A DNA stretch of 64,000 nt from Azolla caroliniana (taxonomy: Eukaryota; Plantae; Polypodiophyta), in assembly GCA_043228905.1 (NCBI GenBank), contig JBHGNT010000002.1, positions 7,502,001-7,566,000 on the forward strand. The letters are read 5' to 3'. Made by a program: the position numbers and the translations under genes. A model generated the notes under the pieces. It made no database searches and was not told the DNA's origin. It was given only the letters and a program-made list of their open reading frames with translations. Below, one piece after another: positions 24,931 to 37,279 of the stretch. Every line of letters begins with the position of its first letter. Position 1 is the stretch's first letter.

Positions 24931-25659
24931 GTGGCATCTTATTCCTACCATCGGTTATAATGCTTAATTTTACGTGTATGCTTGTTTTCTTTGGCTATAA
25001 CAGAGTTCATTACTTAGCATGGGATGGATGAGTAGTAGTGTATGCTTGTTTGCTTTGGCTATAACAGACTTCATTACTCAACATGGGATGAATGAGTAGT
25101 AGTCGAGGGGTGTGGGAATGAGAATTATAGGAGGTTGTCCAAAGGATGGACAAGACAATGACACACACGCATACACACACACACACACACAAATGCATAT
25201 GCATATGCAATAACACAGGAGAGGAAGGCAAACTTGGATATCAGTGTGCATACACTAACACTATACCACCACTTTGCCCTCCTCACATACATTGGAAAAC
25301 GGAAGGTTAACAATAAATCTATAGGTTGGGAGCTCGCCCAGGCTTCACCTTATTTGTTGATGGGTTTAGGGTTTGTAATGTTCCGTATGGTTTGAAAAAA
25401 GGTATATATCAAGACACATACATGAGGTATCTTAAAAAGATCTAAGCTTCCATGTGATTTTGAATTCCAGAGGAACCCCAATTTGGACCAGAAAAAAGCA
25501 TGATACAAATATACAGAGGGCCTCCATTTGAAGATTTCCAATGTATGTATGTACATATGTTTGGGGGGGGCTATTTTTGTAATTTGGAGTTGGATCTCCA
25601 TTTCATTTGGTTTTTTCAAAACCAACCGTTGATGGCCGTTGTCTGCTGACATTCTTCGT

Positions 25660-25774
25660 GAAGAAGAAGAAGAAGAAGAAGAAGAAGAAGAAGAAGAAGA
25701 AGGACGCCATAGCCCCTCTCATTCTACCTTCCCTATTTCTGCCTCTCTATTTACCTCTCATTTATACATCTGTA

Positions 25775-25823
<49 letters not shown>
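25660..25823. repeat. (GAA)n and (CT)n microsatellites in the probable 5'UTR of the coiled-coil gene
   Basis: Seen directly, 230-400 bp upstream of ATG 26056. Confidence 0.9.
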
Positions 25824-25825
<2 letters not shown>

Positions 25826-26055
25826 CTGTTCTCTGTGTACATCCACATCTTTCTATATATCTAGGAGCTCTATCTATCTATCTACCTATATATAGTAGCT
25901 CTATATCTTGTACTCTTTATCTCTTCACATCTATATTTCTTCTGTAAAGAAAAGAAACACACACACACAATTATGTACATGGCAAATTCAATGCTAATCC
26001 ATGCCATTATTCTCTCCCCGGCAATGCACAAGGATTCCTCTGCCCCTCTATATTG

Positions 26056-29000
26056 ATGGACAACAATAATACAAGTAATCATAATGCTAATCATCAGTAT
26101 TCTTCACAAGTTTCAGAAATCTGTTCTGATAACCATAACCATAACCATAACCATAACCATAACCCTAATCGTAATCACAACCACAATATACTCTCTCTTT
26201 GCCAAAATGCTCGACTTTTTTTGCAAAAGGCGGCGTCTTCGCGCCGATCTCATATGCTCTCGGAAGAGCTACAACATCTACAGAATTTCGAGGTTTTAAC
26301 ATCAAAAAACATACCACAGCACCCGCTATGTCCTTCAAAAAAAGAAGAGAAACAGATATTAGAGCTCAATTTCTATCTCCCTGATGTGAGAAAACGCATC
26401 TCGGAACTTGAAGGGAAACACCCTTTCCTCACTAAAAACCCCAAACCTCCTAAAATCGGTAATACAACAGGATTAGATGATCATGAAAGGGTGAAAAAGA
26501 GTAAACTATCAGATAAAACTAGTAAAAGTTTGGATAACAGTAGCGAAATATTTGAGAATACCACCGGGACACCGGAGAATACCACCAGCAATGAGGCTCG
26601 AAAACCACCCAAGAAAAAGAAGGTTAACAATGTGAGCCCTAGAAGACCTTCCTCCTCTTTGTCTTCTCGGACTTATAAGGATAAGGGCTCAAGGAGTCTA
26701 ACTCCTCCGCTTGAACCTAGAAGGAGATGTAATTCTCCTAAAATTTATAATGTATCTGGTAAGAACAGCTATCCAGATCATACTGTGCTGCTTAATTCGA
26801 CTTCTTCGCCTCCTCGATCTCGATCTCGTTCTCCTTTGGTTATTAGAACTAGAACCTCATTGGTACCAAGTAATGGTATCAGAAAGTTTGCACCTTCAGT
26901 GCTGGATAAATTTGGTATGAGAAAGCTTACATCTGTTTCTTTCGAATCAGATGGTATTAAGACAAGGAATGATGTGAATGTGGATAGGTTTACCCCACTA
27001 ACAAGACATTGCAGTATCACTTCTAAATCTCTAAAACCAGTCGAGGATGACGAGTCATCACATATATTTGATCATTCCGAGTTCTTGCAATCAGATATGG
27101 GGGCGAGACGAAGATCATCATTTGAAAACTATGCTGATGAAGTAGGGTTTCCTTCACCACATATTCCTTCTCGTGCTTTCTCTTCCTCTGGTGATGAAGA
27201 TGATGGCCCCGAAGGCTGGAATAATATAGCTAGCCATGGTTCTACTAAGATGAAAAAAGAAGAAGAGGGAGAGACTTATACTTCCAAGCCTTTTAGTGTT
27301 ATTGAAAGTGACGGGGATTCTGAGGATTTAGGTAAAAAATGCAAGGGTTATGAGGAGGATTCAAGAAGAAATGAGTTAATGCAGAGTGCAAAATGCTGGA
27401 GCCATGACCATGTTTCTTCTCTTGAGCTCTTGATCTCGAAAGCAAAAAGCAGGATTGGAAATCTAGTAATACCTGCTATTTCTTCAAACAAGTTGAGCAA
27501 TGGCGAAAATACGACATCTCCATTGTCACCACATTGGACTGGGATCAAACCGGCTTTCTCGAGGTCTAAAGATCACGAAAAGCATAAAAAAGAGGATCAA
27601 CATGTGGAGAAGGATCCAAAAACCAATCATGTGGAAAAGCATAAAAGAACCGACCAACATGTCGAAAAGCATCAAAAAGTCGATCGACATGTCAAAAAGC
27701 ATAAAAAATTGGAAGCTGGTAATGATACAGGTATTCCGAAAGGTTATCAGGATCTAGGATCAGCATTTGAACATTTTCACTACACTAGAGAAAGCAATGA
27801 ATCAAACAACTCAATTAAGCATATAAGTAAAAATGATGTAAAACTAGATCATAACCCCAGGCTGATGTTGACAGAAAACTTGGAAGAAGCACTGAAACGT
27901 CTCGGAAGTTTGCATGAGGAGAGTGAGGAAGGTCTTCGAGCTTTACGGACACATTCAATAATGAAGGAGAAAGAGAACCAAATGTCCTTAGAATTAGCAT
28001 CGGGAGTTAGTTCAGTTGAGATTCCATCGATGACGATGGAAGCGACTGATAGTACTAGGAATGTGTGTTCGGTTGCAAGTTCTAAAAGAGAAATACTGTT
28101 CAATAATGATGGTGGTGTTAGAGAGAAAGATCGAGATAATGTCATAGGGTCTAGGTCCCATCAAAACTTTGAAGATAGTGAATGTGAAGGAATTAGGGAC
28201 TCCGATTCTAAGGTTAGCTTCCAAGGTGAAGCAATTCGGGAAGATAATGCAAATTGTTTGCAAGGGAGAAGTTGGGTTGGTCATGAAGAAAATACTAGTA
28301 AAAATAAACATAACAATTTAGATGAAAAGGTTCAATGTGAGGAATCCATTACCTATCTGGAAGATGAAGAGGTTGCTATGAGAGATGCAGCAGTTCATGA
28401 GATAGGATTCGAGCATTCGAAAGGAATCGAACTGCAAAAGAGTGGATCTGAGAAGACAAAGAACATCAAGGCAACAAAGAAGAAGAAAAAAGTGAAGTTT
28501 AATGATGAACCTTGTAGAGCTGATACTGAGATTGAAGATGATGTAGTGGTCATAGAACGTAGAGATCCTTCTTTGCACGAGGGACAAATACAACAAAAGG
28601 CTAGAGTACTACGAGGTCTCGATGATTCATTCTCAAGATTAGGAAAAGCTGCTGATTATAAAGTGTCTCGATTTGTGGGGCTTCAAGATACTGTGAAATG
28701 CTTCAATAATATAAACAAGGATATTGAACACATAAAACAAAATGATAATGATGATGAGAAACTTGAGATGGATCATCAGCTACATAGAAAGCAAAGATTC
28801 ATGATGTCTAGTTCGTTCAAAACCATTTCACGGCCAATTCTAGACCCTTACAATGAAAATGGTGATCTCTCTTTTCTGCTGGAAGTTGTCCACTATTCTC
28901 ATATAAGAATCATATATTATATTATTGACTTGTTTGATGGATTCCAGAGTTTAATTGTGTCCATTGATTTTGGTTTCTGACAGAGTTGCATCTCTTACCT

Positions 29001-32000
29001 TTGCAGATGAAGCATTCAAATCAAGTATAGGAAATTCCTCAAATCTTCTTATCCAAGTAAACATCACGTGAAGGTTTTTTTGTTGCTAGTTTTTGTGTGA
29101 ATAAATATTCATTTTTGTCTGGGAGTCTTATAATTTGTTTCCATGAATTTAGGATTTAGAGATTAGGGCTTATATTTCTTTTGGTAAGTTTCGAGGTTAG
29201 GGTTTAGAGCTGATATCTATATTTTTGGCGAGTTTAGAGGTGATATATTTTCTTTGGTGAAATTTAGGGTTTAGAGTTAGATATGTTTCTTTTGGTGAGT
29301 TTAGGGTTTAGGGCTTATTTCTATGAATGAGTTTAGACTTTAGTTAGGGGCTAATATTATCTTTCGACGATTTTTATTGTCTTTATTCTGAACAAAATTG
29401 ACTGTATGTTCACGCCAATGGTGCTATCATGGGCCATATCCACAGAATGCTTAATCATAATGCAAACTTAGCATGCCTTTTCCTCAGGAACGCATTGATT
29501 CTTGGTTGTCAAGAATAGAAACTGAGCTGAAAAACCAAGTTGACGAAGCTGTGGCAGATTCTATGAAGAAAATTGAAGTTAGCCTTAAGGTCAACATTGA
29601 GAACTTGGAGTTTCAACGAATGCACGAGGTTATGGGAAACCTTAAGAAAGAAATCAATTCGAATTTACATGAACGAAAGGAAGAATTACGCCATGTGGAG
29701 GGCAAACTTCAGAAGATCTCGCATTTCATGGATCAAACAGGCGAGCAGTTGCATGTTATTCGAGAAGACGGATTGCAGTGTAGATCTCGTATTGATGGCA
29801 TGAAGAAAGAAACAGATGCACAAATAGATGGTATAAGGTTGTCTATGGAAAAGTTGAGCGCCCAAAATGGAATAAGATTGGAGATGGAGAAGTTGAACAT
29901 TCAAGCTGTGAAGGAATGCAAAGAGAAGATCGTTGGTTTAGAATGCTTTCAGGAAATGCTAAACAAAGAGAAGATGGACATGAAGGATATGCTAAATAGC
30001 TTGGAAAAATCATGTGAAGAAGGAAGATCTGAGTTAGAAGCATGGAAAGAGTTCAAGGATGAGCTGAAGAGAGGCAGAAGTGCATTGAAGTGTGATGTGG
30101 TACTGAAGAATGTGGTACAAAGCCTGATAGGGTCATGGATTGGACACTATGATACAGAAGCATCGAGAAATCTGCAGGATGATGTCGCGAAAGATAGTTT
30201 GAAGAGTGAACTGGATCTAGAGGACAGAGTGAGAAACTTAGAAAAATGGTGGGAAGAAGGAAAGTATGATTTAGATGCATTGAAGAAGTTCAAGAATAAA
30301 CTCGACGAAGACCAAAGCTTGTTGAAGAGTGAAGCCAAAACAAGGGAAGGAACAATGGTTACGGAGAAAGTAGAGGTCTCATCTCAGGTTTACTTAGGAG
30401 GGTTAGATGAAGACAGAACAGGAGTAAAAGACATCAAAGTGCATGTTCAAAAGGAGCTTGAAACGAACTATGAAGACATTAGGCAGAAAACAGGAGAGCC
30501 CACAAATGCAAAACTCCTCAATAGTATGGAAGCAAGAATTCTTGAGCAAGCTAAAGATATCAAATTACATGTACAGAAGGAGATTGATAGGAGCTATGCA
30601 GATCTTAGACAAAAACAAGAGGACACCACAATTGCAAAGTTTCTCAATGGTATGGAAATAAGGATTCTTGAGCTTGAGAAAGGCCAGAAATGCTCTCAAA
30701 CTATTGAGGATGGCCTCATATGTGAAAAGAGTAAGTCATCATTTCTCTTGCTTGAAATGATGGAAATGACTGCTGATATTCGCAAAGAACGAGATTGTGC
30801 TCTCACTTCCGCTTCTGAAGCAAAGGAGAGAATACGAGAGGTGGTGCAAAATTTCGAGCATGAATCAGAAAGGTTGCGAGACATTCAGTCCAAAGTCGAG
30901 AAGGAAAAGGATGTTGTCATATTTTTATCGGAGGAAATATCGGATTCTGCGATGAAAGCAAAAAATGTTCTTCGTGACATGGATGAGCTCAGAAAGAGGA
31001 GTATGAAGCTTTCTGATGAGGTTCTTTCTGAGCTAAATCAAATCAAAATGAAAAATGAGTCCATAAACCATAGGTATGTGGTCTAATATGCTGAATTCAT
31101 CTACCCATCTTCAACTGTCTTGGTTTGTAATCTTTGTATTTCTATATACAAACTCAATCCATGTCACTAAATCCTATCGTGATGGCATGATTACTTTTAT
31201 GGACCATGTATCATTGAATTGGTGTCACACACACAAATGTACTATTCCTTTGTGGTTACACACTTTATGTCATGAAAACATCTCTCAGTAATCAACTACC
31301 AATTATAAAACCGACTTATGCATTAAGATCATTATCAAGGATCTTTAGGAAACCTAGAGCTTTTATTTTCTGTTTTATGAGTATTTGGATAAACTTGAAG
31401 CTACCCATATAATTTTAATCATGACTTCTCTGGTAGACATTGACGTATGTTTCCTTACTTTCCTAATCCATACATTCTCTCAAAATTGAATTCTTTTAAA
31501 TATGCCATTATTCTTCTCACATTTTGTTGTTTGTTTGCTTGTTTGTTTGTGGAACCAAGATATGAAGATGTGTATACAAAGGTTGAGAGCTTGGAAGGAT
31601 CACAACTAGGCCTTTGCAATAAGATTGGAGAGGTTAAAGATAAGACAGAAGAGATAGAGAAATCAGTTGCACAATGGTTTCCCAAATATGAGGCTGCAGC
31701 AAGAGTCTTGAATGAAGTTGAGAATAGGCTAGGAAAGCTTGAAGCATGTGGAAGGGATGATGAGAAAAGGGTACTTGACAAGGATTCATTTGTAAGCCTC
31801 TACAAGGATCTCTTAAGTCTTAGAAATCCAGATGAGCTGAGCAGATGGTCAGCATTACAATGCAGAAGGACTCGAAGCAGCTTGGATACACGAGAAAAAT
31901 TTCCCTTCCTTATACTCGAGAGCCGCATCGAGCATGTCGCAACGGCCACTTACACAAATCTTCGGTCTGTTCTCACCAACAACATCACTTGGTTTTAAGC

Positions 32001-32745
32001 CTATCTATCTTTTTGTCTATCTCTGTTACTTTGATGATTTTTGATTGAATGCATGTTCAATCGGAAAGATAAGGAACACACATTCACTTGTTTTTGAACA
32101 TCTCGCTTTGTTATTATCACTTCATCCAATTCCAAGCACTTAGAAACTCTTTTCTCTAGTGTCATATTTGCTAGACTTCATTTACATTCGATGAAAGACT
32201 ACAATTCAAGATGTTCAAGCATTTCTATATGATGTTTAACATGGCACGCTTAGGTGCTGAAGTTTACGTAAAATTTTGACATGCGAAATGCTTATTGTCA
32301 TTACAGTATACTAGACATGAAAGTTGAACTCATGAATAGAAATCTCGAAACAACTCTAAAATGTGCGACATCAGCAGAGAATAAGTGCAATCTTCTCGGA
32401 GCTGAAATCATCAAAGTCTTCCGGATGCTAGCAAATGCCAGTAAAACCGATACCGAAAAGTTGCATTTGTCACCATCAAGGGGTACACATATGCCAAAAA
32501 CTGAAGTATATCCACTACGAAGAAAAAATCCGCTTTCAACAGCCTGGCTAAATCAAAAGAAGCATCTAATTCCAAGTAGAGAAACAAAGCACGTGAGTGT
32601 AAGGGGAGTTAAGATTTGTGAAAAGAATGATCTCAGATTAGACAATAAAGACAAAGTGGCAAAGAGGAGCAAATCATGTGGTAAACATTCATCAACAAGT
32701 GGAAATAATGCAATGGAGAGAAAGGCATACAATGTGGTTCATTGA
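26056..32745 (+). CDS. Uncharacterised ~1770-aa protein: disordered Ser/Lys/Glu-rich N-terminal half and long coiled-coil C-terminal half
   Basis: Exons 26056-28861, 29007-29056, 29488-31073, 31560-31991 and 32307-32745 have GT-AG ends and compatible phases, totalling 5313 nt (1771 codons). Long stop-free ORFs (975 and 537 aa). No TE motifs recognised. Confidence 0.82.
29150..29355. repeat. Degenerate ~40-bp tandem repeat rich in TTTAGGG/TTTAGAG in intron 2 of the coiled-coil gene
   Basis: Repeated ATATTTCTTTTGGTGAGTTTAGGGTTTAG-like units. Confidence 0.6.
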
Positions 32746-35191
32746 AAAACTTGAAATCATTTCACTTTTCTGACGATAGTTGTGATAAGATTCCATATGT
32801 GGATGTAAGCCACATCATCTTACTTGGGTACAAATAGCAGGAGGTATGAGATGTGAACACTAACTGGCCCCAGTCAACAAAATAGTTGATTGATTTTGAA
32901 TGACTCTTCCTCTCACAATTCCAATGGTCCACAAGAATATGCTCAACAATAATCATTATGTAAGTACATTTTTCTTCTTTTCTTCTTTCAAATCACTCTC
33001 GTTTGTTTTCTTTTCCATTTCCTTTCTTTGGATTTTCTTTTTTGTACATTAGATTCTCTAAACAACTTATTTCTTGTGATCATGAAAAATGAAGACCATT
33101 TTATATTTTAAGTACATATTCTATCATGAAGGATAAATGTTGGCTCTTGTGTAAAGATGATTGATTTGATCATTTTGTTTTTCCTTTGATAAGGTTTAGG
33201 ATTAGAAAGAACAGTTAATATGTACTTTGGATGAAGAAGAGGAGAATTGACTCAAAATATACATTCTATAGGAGCACGGGGCTCCAAAATGACTCAGTTA
33301 ACTTGCAACAAGGTAAGTAAAATGAAATTCTTTTGCAAAATTCACCAGAATACCCTCAAATTTCCATAAAATATTGAAAATACCGCTAGGACTTTCAAAA
33401 TATTTCTTGTTTCTAGGATACTCCCTCCTATTATGCTTGAATCTCAGAGGTAACCCAAACTTTTACTAAACTATGCACATCGGTTCAAATCTCACTATAT
33501 ACACTTCTGTCCGTCTGTCCCTCCGTCCCTCCGTCCCTCTTGTATTAGGGTTGAACCTTCGTCATAAGTCAAACTTTTAGTAACCCATGCATGCCGATTC
33601 AAATCTTGCTATGTGCACTAGATTACTAAATGCCACTGTAACATGGAGGGGTTGAATGCATGACCATTTGGTTTCAATTTGGACAAACTTATCAACCGAC
33701 CTATAACTGCCTAAACACATTGTATGGTAGTTGACGTAAAATTGAAAGAAGCAAAGTTTGATTTTCACCATGGGCTTAACCTTGTCCCATTTGGTAACCC
33801 ATGGATGTTAAAACTGAGGTGTATTTTGGCAAAACTCTCTTGTTAGAAAACAAATAGATAAATAAAGGCTTTAGGTGACACTGTTCAACAAGAGGGACCA
33901 AGCAATTCTAAAGGTTTTATTGGAGTAAACTGTTTTTTTATTTCCGTAGTTTCCTTTTCTTCTCATCACTTTCTGTATCTTGTGGGCACTGATCATTGAG
34001 TAGTTCAAAGGATATCACTTTTATTTTCCCACCCTATTGGACCTATGGCCAAATAAGTTTTTGTTTGTTTGTGATGTTTATGGTTTTGGCTTGAACAATT
34101 TCATCATTTAGTCTCACTTGTGTTTGTTTTGTTAGGGCTCAAAAAAATGCAAAAAAGACATTCTTTTTCAAGAGCACATAAGAAAAAATGTGTACAATGT
34201 TTGATGCTCTACCTAGAAAGATGTGTGGTCATGAATTTAGTCCATCTATGTTGATAACAATGCCAAATATGGTGATGGGCGCAATAACCAAATTCGAGAA
34301 AGAAACATCGTGTTTGCTTTGGGAATCAGTTACTTGAATGGAATAAATCAACATTCCATTTAAATTATATACAATGCCATTCATTCTTTAAATAGTGGGA
34401 TTCTTCTAAATATAGTATCGTGGATATGTAGTCTGAAAATTTAATGGTGTTGACGCAATATGTAATCATATGGACAGAGTTCTGAAACCCATTGTTTTTA
34501 TTGCTCACAGCTTAAATGAGACGATCCATTATTTGTGTATTAATTGAAATTGAAGACATCCATCCATGGAAAAGTTTTTACACAAACGTTGTTCGTGTGC
34601 AGTCGTGAGGAAAACGTTCCAAATTTGAGAGTGACCTCTGTCTGGTATGGGCCACATAAGAAGAAGCTTTGGACTGTCTTTCTTTCACATGGGAGTGAAA
34701 GAAGAGCATGCAGACAAGAGACACCAACACACACACACACACACACATTTCATGTCTATACAATCATCTAGGCCCCATCACCTAAAAAGGGCTCTTGCAT
34801 CTCTTGAGACAGTCAATTTCTTTCTTGATCATTATAATACAAATCCATTCTTTTTTACATCCCTTCTTTACATTAGCTGTGTGTGTTATTGCTCTTTTTC
34901 GATCTATCCCAAGGAACTCGAAATCAGTTCCTTGTTTGTTGAAAGCCACTGTCAACCTAACACATTTACAAAATAAAATCAGTTCATCTAATATGGATAA
35001 ACATTTGGTGCTACAGTTCCAAAAATCTCATTTCAGTTTTCAAATTAAAGAAAATCCGCTTAACCAATCCTTATAACAAATCATGCTTTCTAATGTGAAG
35101 ATTATCCTAATTGTGTGTTGAGACCCTCCCCAATCACCACATAATCATACCTAAGCATATTAAACACACACTCTTTAAATTGATCTTGTCA

Positions 35192-36664
35192 TTAGCTTGA
35201 CATACATATTGAGAATGTTTTGAGATGTTGACCTGCTTGAGCTGACGATTTCTTGCAATGTTCAATGGCTCCCCGAATAGAGTTTTCTACTTCTACATAG
35301 GATGGCATTTGAATGTCAACCTCATCTTTCATTATACTTCCAGATCTTGTTTCATTAGAATTCCTTTTTGAGCATTTGAACAGATTCCTTTTACTTGATC
35401 CTAACTTAAAGGAATCATGATCAACTGATGATGAAGATGAAGATGATGTGGAGGTTGAAGACGATGTAGACAATGATGATGAAGATAATGACCATGGAAC
35501 ACGTGGTATTGTGTATCCCACGGGACGAATGGCAGACATATTTCTTGGTCTTCTACGATGCTGTTTGATATGTAGGAATAGAGATTTTAGCAATAACACA
35601 TACTTCATCAAATTTCGATAACTTCTTCTTTTCCTACGAAGAAATCCACTTTCTTCTCTTCTCTCATTGCTATCACACATTTTCTTGGATGATATTTCAT
35701 GCAAACCCTGGTTCGGATCGCTTGTGGTGTGACTACTTATAAGACCATTTTCTACCTCTTTTCCGTTGTCGAATGATTTTTGATTAGTTGTAGAATCTCC
35801 CGATTCCAGTTCAAATTTCACACAATTATTCAGAATTGAAGCTTTCAAACTTGGATCATCGTCAATCAGGATTGGGTCTTGCACGGCCGCTTTCTTTTCT
35901 TCATTAATCCATCCAATGCGAGTTGGTATGCAATACTCCCTCAAACATTGTTCACCATCGATATTGTCATTGTTGTGATCGACACGATTATTGACTTCAT
36001 ATTGTCGCATCATTTGAAGAGCAAAATCAAGTTGATGTTGAAACAACATAAGGGTTTGGTCTATGCATTGATGATTTGAGATTGAATCCTCAGTAGCATT
36101 ATGCTGAGAATAAAGCCAAGGAACAAGGTGTAGCATATCCTTTTGTTCATCTCTTCTGAGGGAGTCTATATGAACACGTGATGAGTCTTGTATAACAGGG
36201 AGATAGTAATGATGTCTGTTAAAAGGTTGTGGACCTTGTGGGGATTCGCGAGGAATAGATTGATAATTTAGCACAGATAAATGATTAAGGGGTAATATGT
36301 GGCCATTGTAGAAGAGATCATCAGCAGGGGAGAACAGAGTACCCATGAAACCATCTCTTTTATTCATCACTATTTCCTCAGACAAATTTATACTAAATTC
36401 AAACTCATGAATTTCTGGTTTGATCGAATCCTCGGGTGAGCTATGCTCCCATGCAAAATGAGTCTTCATAGCATCATCATCGGCCTCAGCAGCACCACCC
36501 AACAATAAATTTTTATCACTTATGTGATCAAAGTTTTGCAACTCATTATTACAGGATATAGCATTACAGCTAGATATATCGTCACAAGAGAAAGTGAATG
36601 ATTCCTTCAAGGATTGATTCATACTCACCTCCTCCTTAACATGCACGCTTTCCATATTGATCAT
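35192..36664 (-). CDS. MAKR: Membrane-associated kinase regulator (MAKR/BKI1 family)-like protein, single exon, 490 aa
   Basis: Family motifs HEFEFS, SPADDLFYNGHILPL, basic clusters RRKRR/HRRRPR, a Ser-rich tract and C-terminal ENSIRGAIEHCKKS (BKI1/MAKR-type AIxHCK motif). Confidence 0.85.
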   Translation of the reverse strand: MINMESVHVKEEVSMNQSLKESFTFSCDDISSCNAISCNNELQNFDHISDKNLLLGGAAEADDDAMKTHFAWEHSSPEDSIKPEIHEFEFSINLSEEIVMNKRDGFMGTLFSPADDLFYNGHILPLNHLSVLNYQSIPRESPQGPQPFNRHHYYLPVIQDSSRVHIDSLRRDEQKDMLHLVPWLYSQHNATEDSISNHQCIDQTLMLFQHQLDFALQMMRQYEVNNRVDHNNDNIDGEQCLREYCIPTRIGWINEEKKAAVQDPILIDDDPSLKASILNNCVKFELESGDSTTNQKSFDNGKEVENGLISSHTTSDPNQGLHEISSKKMCDSNERREESGFLRRKRRSYRNLMKYVLLLKSLFLHIKQHRRRPRNMSAIRPVGYTIPRVPWSLSSSSLSTSSSTSTSSSSSSSVDHDSFKLGSSKRNLFKCSKRNSNETRSGSIMKDEVDIQMPSYVEVENSIRGAIEHCKKSSAQAGQHLKTFSICMSS

Positions 36665-37241
36665 GCTCTGTCTTCTCTGGACAGGATGAGGGTTTTCTTT
36701 TTTAAGGAGCTTTTGGGTTTTGAATGCTTTTTTTTGGGGGGGTTTCTTTAGGATTAGGGATTCTCTAGAATTAGTGCTTCTTTAGGATTAGAACTGTTTT
36801 AAGTTAGCACATCTGATTCTTCTTGGATCAGGCTTTTAGTCTTGTCCTTCCAAGTCCGTTTTCTAAGATTGGAGTTAATATAAGAAGCTCTATTTTCTAT
36901 GTCTTGTATTTCAATCTTAAAAGCTAGGTTTCTAAGAACCTCGGTTTCTAAGACTAGGGTTGGGATCTTAGAGATTTTGCTTCTAAACTTAGGGTTACTC
37001 TAAGAGTCTCTAAGACTAGGAGTTTTTAATCATCAAAGCTTTGTGGCTATAGACTATAATTAGGGATAAATCTAATAAGCTTTGTCTCTACGATTAGGGT
37101 TTGAAGAATCATAGTATGTGTACTTATAAGAAGGAGCCCTGTTCCACCAAGCATTGTTGTTAGGATTAGGGTTACCATTGATCCATATTGATGACTGATT
37201 ATTAATGAGACATATGAAAAAGCCATTGATTGAAAAGAAGC

Positions 37242-37279
<38 letters not shown>

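Noticed and set aside
25607-25947. Poly-K/poly-E/SL ORFs
   Set aside because: Microsatellite translations.
33470-33500. Isolated B-box-like GGTTCAAATC (also GGTTCAAACTCC at ~55010 on the minus strand)
   Set aside because: No matching A-box; expected by chance.
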